A stretch of DNA of 64,000 nt, from positions 72,468 to 136,467 of the IMG/VR virus record IMGVR_UViG_3300026549_002494. One strand, 5' to 3'. Position numbers and translations under genes: made by a program. The notes below the pieces were generated by a model, which was given only the letters and a program-made list of their open reading frames with translations, had not been told where the DNA came from and searched no databases. Each line of letters starts with the position of its first letter. Position 1 is the stretch's first letter. This DNA comes from a virus (lineage: Duplodnaviria > Heunggongvirae > Uroviricota > Caudoviricetes). Positions 19,028 to 27,329 of this stretch are shown piece after piece.

Positions 19028-19873
19028 TTGAAAGAAAAATACATAAAGAGTCCTATAAATTATATAGGCAATAAATACAAACTTATTAGTCAGATTATTC
19101 CGTTATTTCCTGATGAAATCAGCATGTTCGTTGATGTATTTGGTGGTTCAGGAACGGTTTTGATTAATACAAAAGCAGAACATTATATGTATAACGACAT
19201 AAATCCATATGTGTCAAGTATTTTTGAAGGTCTTGTAACAGAAGATACAGATGCAGTAGTAAAGAAAATAGAAGATATTATTACAGAGTATTCACTTAGC
19301 AAAACTAATAAAGAAGGATTTGAGAGACTTCGTGATGACTACAATGCCGGAAAAAACGACTGGATTACACTCTATACATTGATGTGCCACTCATTTAATC
19401 ATCAATTCAGATTCAATAATAACCATCAATATAATAGCAGCTTTGGTAAAAATCGAAGTTATTTTTCAGACAGACAGAAAGAAGACTTATATGCAATGAA
19501 GAAAAATATCAGTACAGATGTTGTATTCTCATCAAAAAGTTTTGTTGACATTGATTACTCAGACTTTGACGAACACGACTTGTTGTATTTTGATCCGCCT
19601 TATTTTGCATCTGTTGGCAATTACAATGATGGCAAAAGAGGATTTGAAGGTTGGACAGAAGAACATGAAAAGAAACTATTAGAATTATTGGACAAGTTAG
19701 ATGAACAAGAAACAAGGTGGGCTTTATCAAATAATTTGAAGTATGACAATCCGTTTTTAGATGAATGGAAAGATAAATATAAGATTCATTATTTGAATGG
19801 CGATTACGTGAACTGTAATTATCACAAAATTGACAGAAGTAAAGATGTGGAAGTATTGATTACAAATTACTAA
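19028..19873 (+). CDS. N6-adenine DNA methyltransferase, Dam-like (alpha class)
   Basis: N-terminal FxGxG (VDVFGGSGTV). C-terminal DPPY (LLYFDPPYF). TTG start. Conserved structured leader with uORF. Confidence 0.75.
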   Translation: MKEKYIKSPINYIGNKYKLISQIIPLFPDEISMFVDVFGGSGTVLINTKAEHYMYNDINPYVSSIFEGLVTEDTDAVVKKIEDIITEYSLSKTNKEGFERLRDDYNAGKNDWITLYTLMCHSFNHQFRFNNNHQYNSSFGKNRSYFSDRQKEDLYAMKKNISTDVVFSSKSFVDIDYSDFDEHDLLYFDPPYFASVGNYNDGKRGFEGWTEEHEKKLLELLDKLDEQETRWALSNNLKYDNPFLDEWKDKYKIHYLNGDYVNCNYHKIDRSKDVEVLITNY

Positions 19874-19963
19874 ATTGACATACTATATATAGTATATAAT
19901 GCAAATTTAACATACAAGATATAGACTAAAATACAGATAAAAGCATTCTTTCATTTGGAAAAT

Positions 19964-19975
19964 AGAGAATAAATA
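19964..19975 (+). promoter_or_regulatory. AGAGAATA(W)ATA recurrent upstream motif (one of 10 copies)
   Basis: Core AGAGAATA or GGAGAATA at 3076, 10226, 14438, 19964, 25097, 31078, 31978, 33025, 36673, 43894. Variant TAGAATAAA at 18964. Always intergenic and 30-130 nt upstream of a + strand gene. Confidence 0.45.
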
Positions 19976-20048
19976 AATACAAGAATAAAACAGAAAGGAA
20001 TAAAGGCGTTGCAACCGTAAGAGATATCTACCTTTCTGGTGAAGAAAA

Positions 20049-20762
20049 ATTAAATACGTTGGTAGTAAAGCAAGAGTTTCAAAAGATATTAGTAAAATTA
20101 TCAATGAAATTATCAAAAAAGAGAATATTAAAATATACATAGAGCCATTTGTTGGTGGCTCAAATATGATTGAACACATTGAATGTGAAAATAAATATGG
20201 TTATGACAATAATGAGTATTTGATTGAATTTTGGAAACAAATACAAAGCGGCTGGAATCCGTTTGATGATGTTGACATGACTAAAGATTTTTATTCTGAA
20301 GTCAAGGATAATAAAGAGGGTTATCCAAAACATATCGTAGCTTTGTGTGGTTTATGTGCTACATACAATGCCAAGTGGTTTGGTGGTTATGCAGGAATTG
20401 TACATACGAAAATGGGAACTGATAGAAACTACTATGATGAAGCAGTCAGAAATGTTTTAAAACAGAGAAACAATATTATGGATGTTATTTACGATTGCAA
20501 GTCTTATGAGGATATTGAAATCGAAGGAGCGTTGATTTATTGTGACCCTCCATATGAGGGAACAACAAAGTATAAAGATGATTTTGCCCACAAGACATAT
20601 TGGGATTGGGTTAGAAAGATGAGTAAGAAAAATATTGTACTTTGTAGCGAATATAACGCACCTGAAGACTTTGAATGTATTTGGACAAAGGAATTAACAA
20701 CTACTTTGGATAAGGCAAGTCGTAGTAAAGCGGTAGAAAAATTATTTAAGTACAATGGATAA
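20049..20762 (+). CDS. Dam-like N6-adenine DNA methyltransferase paralog lacking a canonical start codon (possible ATT start or decaying copy)
   Basis: The frame is open from 20043 and encodes motif I IEPFVGGSN upstream of the first ATG (20166). DPPY at CDPPYEG. About 70% identical to the 31160 protein. The aligned start codon ATG of the paralog is ATT here. Confidence 0.5.
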   Translation: MKYVGSKARVSKDISKIINEIIKKENIKIYIEPFVGGSNMIEHIECENKYGYDNNEYLIEFWKQIQSGWNPFDDVDMTKDFYSEVKDNKEGYPKHIVALCGLCATYNAKWFGGYAGIVHTKMGTDRNYYDEAVRNVLKQRNNIMDVIYDCKSYEDIEIEGALIYCDPPYEGTTKYKDDFAHKTYWDWVRKMSKKNIVLCSEYNAPEDFECIWTKELTTTLDKASRSKAVEKLFKYNG

Positions 20763-20806
20763 TTTTTACATAATTATTGATAAAAAGCAGATAAAAGGTT
20801 TGTTTC

Positions 20807-21310
20807 ATGGCAGAAAGTGAGATGATAAAGATATTAGAGAATAAAGATTATGAGTTATGGAATGGTGATTGTTTAGAATTGATGAAGAACATACCTGATA
20901 AATCTATTGATATGATTCTATGTGATTTACCTTATGGTACGACTGCTTGTAAATGGGATTCAATTATTCCTTTTGACAAATTATGGAAACAATATAATCG
21001 GATTATTAAAGATGATGCTGCAATAGTATTATTTGGGTCAGAGCCTTTTTCAACAGAATTAAGACATAGTAATTTAGAAATGTATAAGTATGATTGGATT
21101 TGGGATAAAAAGAAAAGTTCAAGTGCATTGAATTGTAATTATCAACCATTAAAAACACATGAAATTATTTCTGTGTTTGGTAAAATGGCAACTACATATT
21201 CAAAAAATGGCAATATGAAATACAACCCACAAGGAATAATTCCTTGTGAAAAAGTAAATAAAAGAAATTCTAATAAAGCTGATATTTTTCATAGTACTGT
21301 TGCAAAGTAG
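20807..21310 (+). pseudogene. beta-class amino-MTase N-terminal module (DPPY-like DLPYG) lacking the C-terminal FxGxG: truncated/frameshifted
   Basis: CDLPYGT motif near the N-terminus, but the ORF stops at 167 aa without motif I. A -1 frame continues open from 21295 to 21783. Confidence 0.45.
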
Positions 21311-21783
21311 GAATTCCACTGCAAGGATTAGTACATGACTTATCAAAGTTTTCGCCAGTAGAATTTTGGGAAAGTGTTAAATATTATCAAGGAGATTCAA
21401 GTCCGATTGATGCTTGTAAAAAAGATAAGGGTTGGTCGGCTGCTTGGATGCATCATAAGGGTAGAAATAAACATCACTATGAATATTGGCAGGATAATTT
21501 TGATAATGGTGGAAGTCATATCGAAATGCCGATTAAATATAAGAAAGAAATGCTTTGTGATTATCTGGGCGCTGGCAGAGCATATCATGGTAAATCATTT
21601 GATTTTGAGAAAGAATTACAGTGGTGGAATTTAAAGAAAAGCAAACCGATTGCAATGCATCCAAATGATATAGCTTTTATTGATAAATATATAAATCTGT
21701 TTTGTAAGCATAAAAACGAAGCATATGATATTAGAAAAATATTTTATCAAATTAAGAAAGAAGGTAATGCCTTATGTCAGTAG
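21295..21783 (+). CDS. possible HD-domain-like ORF continuing in the -1 frame from the MTase fragment
   Basis: The junction reads FHSTVAK / VGIPLQGLVHDLSKF (H...HD..K pattern), then His-rich MHHKGRNKHHYEYW. Confidence 0.3.
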   Translation, partial: YCCKVGIPLQGLVHDLSKFSPVEFWESVKYYQGDSSPIDACKKDKGWSAAWMHHKGRNKHHYEYWQDNFDNGGSHIEMPIKYKKEMLCDYLGAGRAYHGKSFDFEKELQWWNLKKSKPIAMHPNDIAFIDKYINLFCKHKNEAYDIRKIFYQIKKEGNALCQ

Positions 21784-22115
21784 ATTATCATATATACTCA
21801 ACTAAAACTGGCGAGTGCATTAGTAATAACCGTTATGCAGGAATGCCATTTCTTTGGAATAAAACTATTAATATAGGACATCAATGTTTGGTTGAATGGA
21901 TTGATGATACCTTTTTAGGGAAAATCAAACAATGGACAATGATTGAAAAAGTAGAGTCTTGTGATTTACAACCGACTTTTTCGGAAGATTTGATATTCTA
22001 TTATTCAAAATCTGATATTTACGAACTGCGAGATATAATGGATACAAATAAAGATGTGCTTGTGGAGTTAATGGAGAATAATAATAGTGACGGACTAATT
22101 GTTGTGATGATATAA
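21774..22115 (+). CDS. hypothetical protein
   Basis: 113-aa ORF. Confidence 0.35.
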   Translation: MSVDYHIYSTKTGECISNNRYAGMPFLWNKTINIGHQCLVEWIDDTFLGKIKQWTMIEKVESCDLQPTFSEDLIFYYSKSDIYELRDIMDTNKDVLVELMENNNSDGLIVVMI

Positions 22116-22161
22116 GAGGTAATTATACTTTTTATATGGAGAAAGATAGGGGTGTTAATAT

Positions 22162-22524
22162 ATGAGAAAGAAACCTACATATGATTTAGATTGGGTCTAC
22201 TCGCATACTCCATTTAAGAAAATACTTGAAGAAACCTGTGATTTGAAAATTGAAAAATCAAAAATACAAAACCCCGAAGCCCCGGGACTGGATACGAGCT
22301 GGTATCATTATATGATACGATTTAATTTTCCGCGTTTTAAGGAAAGATTTGAGGAAATAAAGAAACAGTTACTCAATACCAATTTGTGTCGCAATAATAA
22401 AGAATACTTTGATTGGATTAATGAATTGGGCTGTTCAACATCCGAGGTATGTCATGTAATTATTGATGGCTGTATAGCAAATCCAGAAGGAAGTTTTGAA
22501 TGGGATTGGTGCGATGATGAATAA
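22162..22524 (+). CDS. hypothetical protein
   Basis: 120-aa ORF. Confidence 0.35.
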   Translation: MRKKPTYDLDWVYSHTPFKKILEETCDLKIEKSKIQNPEAPGLDTSWYHYMIRFNFPRFKERFEEIKKQLLNTNLCRNNKEYFDWINELGCSTSEVCHVIIDGCIANPEGSFEWDWCDDE

Positions 22525-22837
22525 AGAGTTTGATTTTAAAACAGAAGAACAGGTGCCGGATTCTTGGTTAGATAGATGTAGTGATAATGGTTATCAAAGA
22601 TATATAGATAATAATGGTGTTCGTAGATACAGAGATAATGATGAAAAAGTGCGAGATATGCCATATCGTCCATGTGCAAAATGCGGACATTATCCTAATG
22701 AAAATGGTGATGACTATTGTATTCAGAATTTGGGACGAGTTGTAAATGCGTGTTGTGGACATGGAACACATGAGGGATATATCATGTTTGATGACGGAAG
22801 AGTTATAAGAGGAAATTTTAGAGTCGAACATTTATAA
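22496..22837 (+). CDS. zinc-ribbon protein
   Basis: CAKCGH...CCGHGTH cysteine cluster. Confidence 0.35.
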   Translation: MNGIGAMMNKEFDFKTEEQVPDSWLDRCSDNGYQRYIDNNGVRRYRDNDEKVRDMPYRPCAKCGHYPNENGDDYCIQNLGRVVNACCGHGTHEGYIMFDDGRVIRGNFRVEHL

Positions 22838-22876
22838 TGAAACAAACATTTCATGGGGAAAAAATAGGAGGTTTTA

Positions 22877-25066
22877 ATGAGAGTTTTACTATTATTAAGA
22901 GGTTCTGCCGGTTGTGGCAAATCAACTTGGATAGAACAAAATGGCTTAAAGCCGTACACTTTATCAGCCGATGATATTAGATTATTGTGCCAAAGTCCAC
23001 TTATGCAGGTAGATGGTACTGTCGGTATCAGTCAAGCAAATAATAATGTTACTTGGAAGACACTGTTTACATTGCTTGAAGTCAGAATGCAGAAAGGTGA
23101 GTTTACAGTTATTGATGCTACCAATTCTAAGACTTCTGAAATGAACAGGCATAAAGAGATGTGTAATACATACAGATATAGAATTTACTGTGTGGATTTC
23201 ACAGACATTCCTATTGAAGAGGTTAAGCGTAGAAATGCAAACAGAGAACCTTTAAAGAGAGTGCCTGATGAAGTGATTGACAAAATGTATTCAAGATTTA
23301 AGACACAAAAAATTCCTTCAGGTATTAAAGTTATCAAACCTGATGAACTTGATACAATTTGGATGAAAATGTTTGACTTTTCAGAATATAAAAAGATTCA
23401 TCACATAGGCGATATTCATGGTTGTAACACAGCATTGCAGAAATACCTATCCGATAATGGCGGTATCAAAGATGACGAAATGTATATCTTTACTGGTGAC
23501 TATGTTGATAGAGGTCTTGAAAATGCAGAAGTTGTAAAATTCCTTATCTCTATTTCTGACAGGAAGAATGTTCTCATGCTTGAGGGCAATCACGAAAGAT
23601 GGCTTTGGTTATATGCTAATGATTGTGTTGGTAAATCAAAAGAATTTGAATTAGTTACAAAACCACAGTTAGATGATGCAAAGATTGATAAGAAAGATAT
23701 TAGACAGTTATATAGGAAGTTTGGTCAGTGTGCTTATTACAAGTATGGAGATAATGTTTATCTTGTTACACATGCTGGGTTAAGTACAATGCCTGACAAC
23801 CTATCTTATGTTGCGACAGAACAGATGATTAAAGGTGTAGGTAATTACAACGACTTTGAAAAGATTGCCGAAACCTTTATAAATACCACTTCTGACAACG
23901 TTTATCAAATTCACGGACACAGAAATACAAAAGCACTGCCCGTAAAAGTGAATGACAGGGTTTATAATCTTGAAGGTCGAGTTGAATTTGGCGGTTGTTT
24001 AAGATGTGTACAGGTTGACAAAGACGGCATTCGTACCATCGAGGTTGAAAATGAAGTGTTTAAGACCCCTGAGATGAGAAGCGAACAGACCGTAACAAGT
24101 AGTTCAGTAGCTGATACAATTATAGCACTGCGTTCTAATAAGTACATTCAAGAAAAGAAATTTGGCAATATTTCATCTTTCAATTTTACAAACAAAGCTT
24201 TCTACGATAAGGTTTGGGATGAGCAGACTACAAAAGCAAGAGGTTTGTATATTGATACGAAAAAGGGCAAAGTTGTTGCAAGAGCATATGAGAAGTTCTT
24301 TAATATTAATGAAAGACCTGAAACTAAGTTTGATATGTTGCAATATAAACTTCGGTTCCCAGTAACAGCTTATGTAAAAGAAAATGGTTTCTTAGGTATT
24401 GTAAGTTATAACGAATATGAAGATGATTTGTTTATAGCAAGTAAATCCACCATTGATAGTCAGTTTGCACAGTGGTTCAAAGAGATGTTATATAGTAAGA
24501 TTTCCTCTGATAACATTAGTAAGATGAAGCAGTTTATCAAAGAAAATGACGTATCGTTTGTGTTTGAATGTGTTGATATGAAGAACGATCCTCACATTAT
24601 TGAATATCCAAAGAGCGCATTATTCCTACTTGATATTGTTAAGAACGATATGAATTTCGAGAAGTTTGAATACGAAGCGATGGTTGATATTGCAAATCAG
24701 CTTGGCATTACTCCAAAAGAAAAGGCAATCGAAATTGCTACTTGGCAGGACTTCTTTGATTGGTATTATGACATATTAGAAGAAGACTATGAATACAATG
24801 GACGAAAAATTGAGGGTTTTGTTATTGAAGATAGCGTAGGATATATGACCAAACTCAAGCTTACATACTATAACTTCTGGAAGTTTATGAGAAGTATTTC
24901 TCATGAGGCAATTAAGAATGGCTATATCAAAAAGACATCTGCTTTGACAACTCCGACAGCAAAGGAGTATTATGCATGGGTTAGAAAGCTTCATGACGTA
25001 GAAGATAAAGACAGTTTGCCAAAAGATATTTGTACTTTGAGAAGACTATTCTATAAAGATAGGTGA
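22877..25066 (+). CDS. Pnkp-like trifunctional RNA repair enzyme: polynucleotide 5'-kinase / 2',3'-phosphoesterase / ligase-like adenylyltransferase
   Basis: P-loop LLRGSAGCGKST. Calcineurin-like phosphoesterase motifs GDIHG, GDYVDRG, GNHE. C-terminal nucleotidyltransferase motif I YVKENGFLG (KxNG), as in bacterial Pnkp ligase domains. Confidence 0.7.
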   Translation: MRVLLLLRGSAGCGKSTWIEQNGLKPYTLSADDIRLLCQSPLMQVDGTVGISQANNNVTWKTLFTLLEVRMQKGEFTVIDATNSKTSEMNRHKEMCNTYRYRIYCVDFTDIPIEEVKRRNANREPLKRVPDEVIDKMYSRFKTQKIPSGIKVIKPDELDTIWMKMFDFSEYKKIHHIGDIHGCNTALQKYLSDNGGIKDDEMYIFTGDYVDRGLENAEVVKFLISISDRKNVLMLEGNHERWLWLYANDCVGKSKEFELVTKPQLDDAKIDKKDIRQLYRKFGQCAYYKYGDNVYLVTHAGLSTMPDNLSYVATEQMIKGVGNYNDFEKIAETFINTTSDNVYQIHGHRNTKALPVKVNDRVYNLEGRVEFGGCLRCVQVDKDGIRTIEVENEVFKTPEMRSEQTVTSSSVADTIIALRSNKYIQEKKFGNISSFNFTNKAFYDKVWDEQTTKARGLYIDTKKGKVVARAYEKFFNINERPETKFDMLQYKLRFPVTAYVKENGFLGIVSYNEYEDDLFIASKSTIDSQFAQWFKEMLYSKISSDNISKMKQFIKENDVSFVFECVDMKNDPHIIEYPKSALFLLDIVKNDMNFEKFEYEAMVDIANQLGITPKEKAIEIATWQDFFDWYYDILEEDYEYNGRKIEGFVIEDSVGYMTKLKLTYYNFWKFMRSISHEAIKNGYIKKTSALTTPTAKEYYAWVRKLHDVEDKDSLPKDICTLRRLFYKDR

Positions 25067-25104
25067 TGGAATTTGAGTTTAATTGACAAATAAGAAAGAG
25101 AATA

Positions 25105-25440
25105 TCTAAATAGACGGTTCCGCTAAGCTCCAGTCATTTCGATGGCAAAGAAATGCAGTGATTGTGGCGCAGATTAAATCGTGAGCAGTTAAGGGTCCAC
25201 AGCCGTCACAAGGTGCTATCTTTACATAATAGTTAAATGTCCAGTAAGGCTAAGGTGCTATGGTGCTCACATAGACCGACAGAGGAAACAGCCTAATATT
25301 TTATATGGGATAGCAACTCAAATGGCAGAGGAATTGGTAAACCTCAGACGCAGAAAGCTTCCAATTTATATTAAAAATTATGAGCAGGAGAATGTAAATG
25401 ATTTTTGTCGATATTAAAAATATCAAGAATAACGATGAAA
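25105..25440 (+). ncRNA. candidate structured non-coding RNA (GC-rich island inside the RNA-repair cassette)
   Basis: About 340 nt with no RBS-bearing ORF. GC about 45% against a 32% background. Upstream TTGACA (25083) plus an AGAGAATA motif (25097). Internal repeats AAGGTGCTAT x2. Confidence 0.25.
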
Positions 25441-25524
25441 ATAAATTTTCAATGGAGAATAAATAAACATAACTAAATACGAAAGGAGTATGAGTGCCGG
25501 CTTAATCTCATGAGGCTCTGAGTA

Positions 25525-26262
25525 GTGAATTTGAAAGGAAACAAAATTGGTGAAGAGCATCTGATTTTTAATGAAAACGCAATGGATGTTCTTGATTTTA
25601 TGATTAACAAGGGCAAGAAAGTTGATATGATTTTCACAGACCCACCTTATAAAATAACTTCCCGTGGTAATGGCGGAAATTCCGGTGGAATGTTCCAAAA
25701 GAAAGAAGTTAATAACGGAAAGGTTTTTTCGGTCAATAATTTAGAAATAGAAGATTGGCTACCTAAATTTTTTGAAGTCTTAAAAGACGATTCTCATTGT
25801 TATATTATGACCAACAACAAAAATATCACGCATTATCTTGATGTTATAAACAAGTCCGATTTTCATTTTGTCAAATGTCTCATATGGGTTAAAGATAATA
25901 AGATTATGGGTCAGTCCTATATGAGTCAATTCGAGTACATAATTATGCTCCGCAAAGGTTCTCATAAGAGAATTAATAATTGCGGAACAAGTGATGTTTT
26001 ACAGATTCCAAACAAAAAATTAAAGGGTGAAGATGGGAAAACCATTCACGACACCGAAAAACCAGTAATGCTTACGGATATTCTCGTTGAAAATTCATCA
26101 AATGAGGGAGACACAATTTTGGATCCGTTTATGGGTATTGGTGGATGTGGTGTAAGTGCGGCAAAGTTAAAACGAAAATTCATTGGTTGTGAATTGGAGA
26201 ATAGATATTATGATGTCTCCCAGCAGAGAATTAACGATGCAGTAGGAGAGAACTGCTATTAA
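25525..26262 (+). CDS. beta-class N6A/N4C DNA methyltransferase
   Basis: N-terminal FTDPPY, C-terminal DPFMGIGGCG (FxGxG). GTG start. Leader homologous to that of the 19028 gene. Confidence 0.7.
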   Translation: MNLKGNKIGEEHLIFNENAMDVLDFMINKGKKVDMIFTDPPYKITSRGNGGNSGGMFQKKEVNNGKVFSVNNLEIEDWLPKFFEVLKDDSHCYIMTNNKNITHYLDVINKSDFHFVKCLIWVKDNKIMGQSYMSQFEYIIMLRKGSHKRINNCGTSDVLQIPNKKLKGEDGKTIHDTEKPVMLTDILVENSSNEGDTILDPFMGIGGCGVSAAKLKRKFIGCELENRYYDVSQQRINDAVGENCY

Positions 26263-26297
26263 TGAAAGCAGGGTTTCATTAATAAAATGGAGGTGAT

Positions 26298-27329
26298 TTG
26301 ATGAATATTTCTGAAATTAAAGCAGAGATTAAGAAGCCTGAATATGACTTTTTAGAGAAAAATGAGCATTTAGGTAAGAATATTATCCTGCTTGGCTTAG
26401 GTGGCTCTCATGCATACGGCACAAACACAGAAACATCTGATTTGGATATTAGAGGTTGTGCGTTAAATCGTAAGAATGAAATCCTTACAAATGAGAATTT
26501 TGAGCAGTTTGTAAACGAAGAAACCGACACAACAATCTATTCTTTCAACAAACTTATCTCTTTGTTAAGTAACTGTAATCCAAATACGATTGAGATTTTA
26601 GGTTTAAAACCTGAACACTACTTATATTTGTCGCCAATAGGTCAAGAATTACTTGATAAAAGAAAATTATTTTTGTCAAGAAGAGCGGCCCATTCTTTTG
26701 GTGGGTATGCAACCGCACAATTAAGACGGCTCGACAACAAAGCGGCTCGACTTGTAGACCAATCTCAGCAAGAAAAACATATTCTTGGTAGTATTCAAAA
26801 TGCTATGTATGATTATAAACGTAGATACTTTGAATTTGAAGATGATGCTATTAAGTTGTATGTTGATAAAGCAGTTCAAGAAGGATATGATACTGAAATC
26901 TTTATGGATATAAATTTACACCACTATCCGCTTCGTGACTACAAATCTATGTGGTCAGAAATGAATAATGTTATTAAAGATTATTCAAAGATAGGCAAGA
27001 GAAATCAGAATGCTATCGAGCATGGGAAACTTGCAAAACATATGATGCATCTTATTAGGCTTTACATTATGTGTCTTGACATCTTGGAACGAGAAGAAAT
27101 CGTTACTTATAGAGAAAAAGAACACGATTTTCTTATGAGCATCCGAAATGGAGAGTTTTTGGATGATAATAGGCAGCCTATCCCAGAGTTTTTTGAAATG
27201 GTAGATGAGTTTGAAAAGAAACTTGAATATGCAAAAGCAAATACGTCACTAAAAGATAATCCTGATTATAAGGCTATCAATGAATTTGTAATGAGTGTCA
27301 ATGAGAGGGTGGTAAAGGGTGAAGTTTAA
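26298..27329 (+). CDS. Pol-beta superfamily nucleotidyltransferase (predicted RNA-repair-associated NTase)
   Basis: GS...D.D signature LGLGGSHAYGTNTETSDLDIRG. Translationally coupled (overlap) with the CCA-adding enzyme gene. Confidence 0.5.
   Translation: MMNISEIKAEIKKPEYDFLEKNEHLGKNIILLGLGGSHAYGTNTETSDLDIRGCALNRKNEILTNENFEQFVNEETDTTIYSFNKLISLLSNCNPNTIEILGLKPEHYLYLSPIGQELLDKRKLFLSRRAAHSFGGYATAQLRRLDNKAARLVDQSQQEKHILGSIQNAMYDYKRRYFEFEDDAIKLYVDKAVQEGYDTEIFMDINLHHYPLRDYKSMWSEMNNVIKDYSKIGKRNQNAIEHGKLAKHMMHLIRLYIMCLDILEREEIVTYREKEHDFLMSIRNGEFLDDNRQPIPEFFEMVDEFEKKLEYAKANTSLKDNPDYKAINEFVMSVNERVVKGEV

Noticed and set aside
25290-25370. tRNA-like stretch (GGGATAGCAACTCAAATGGCAGAGG...) in the GC-rich intergenic region
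   Set aside because: It has a D-loop-like segment but no T-arm (GGTTCGAATCC-type) and no acceptor-stem complementarity that I can pair by eye. I kept it only as part of a generic ncRNA candidate.
25525-26262. Hen1-like RNA 2'-O-methyltransferase partner for the Pnkp-like enzyme
   Set aside because: The gene has DPPY and FxGxG motifs in beta-class order characteristic of DNA N6A/N4C MTases, not the Hen1 Rossmann MTase signature.
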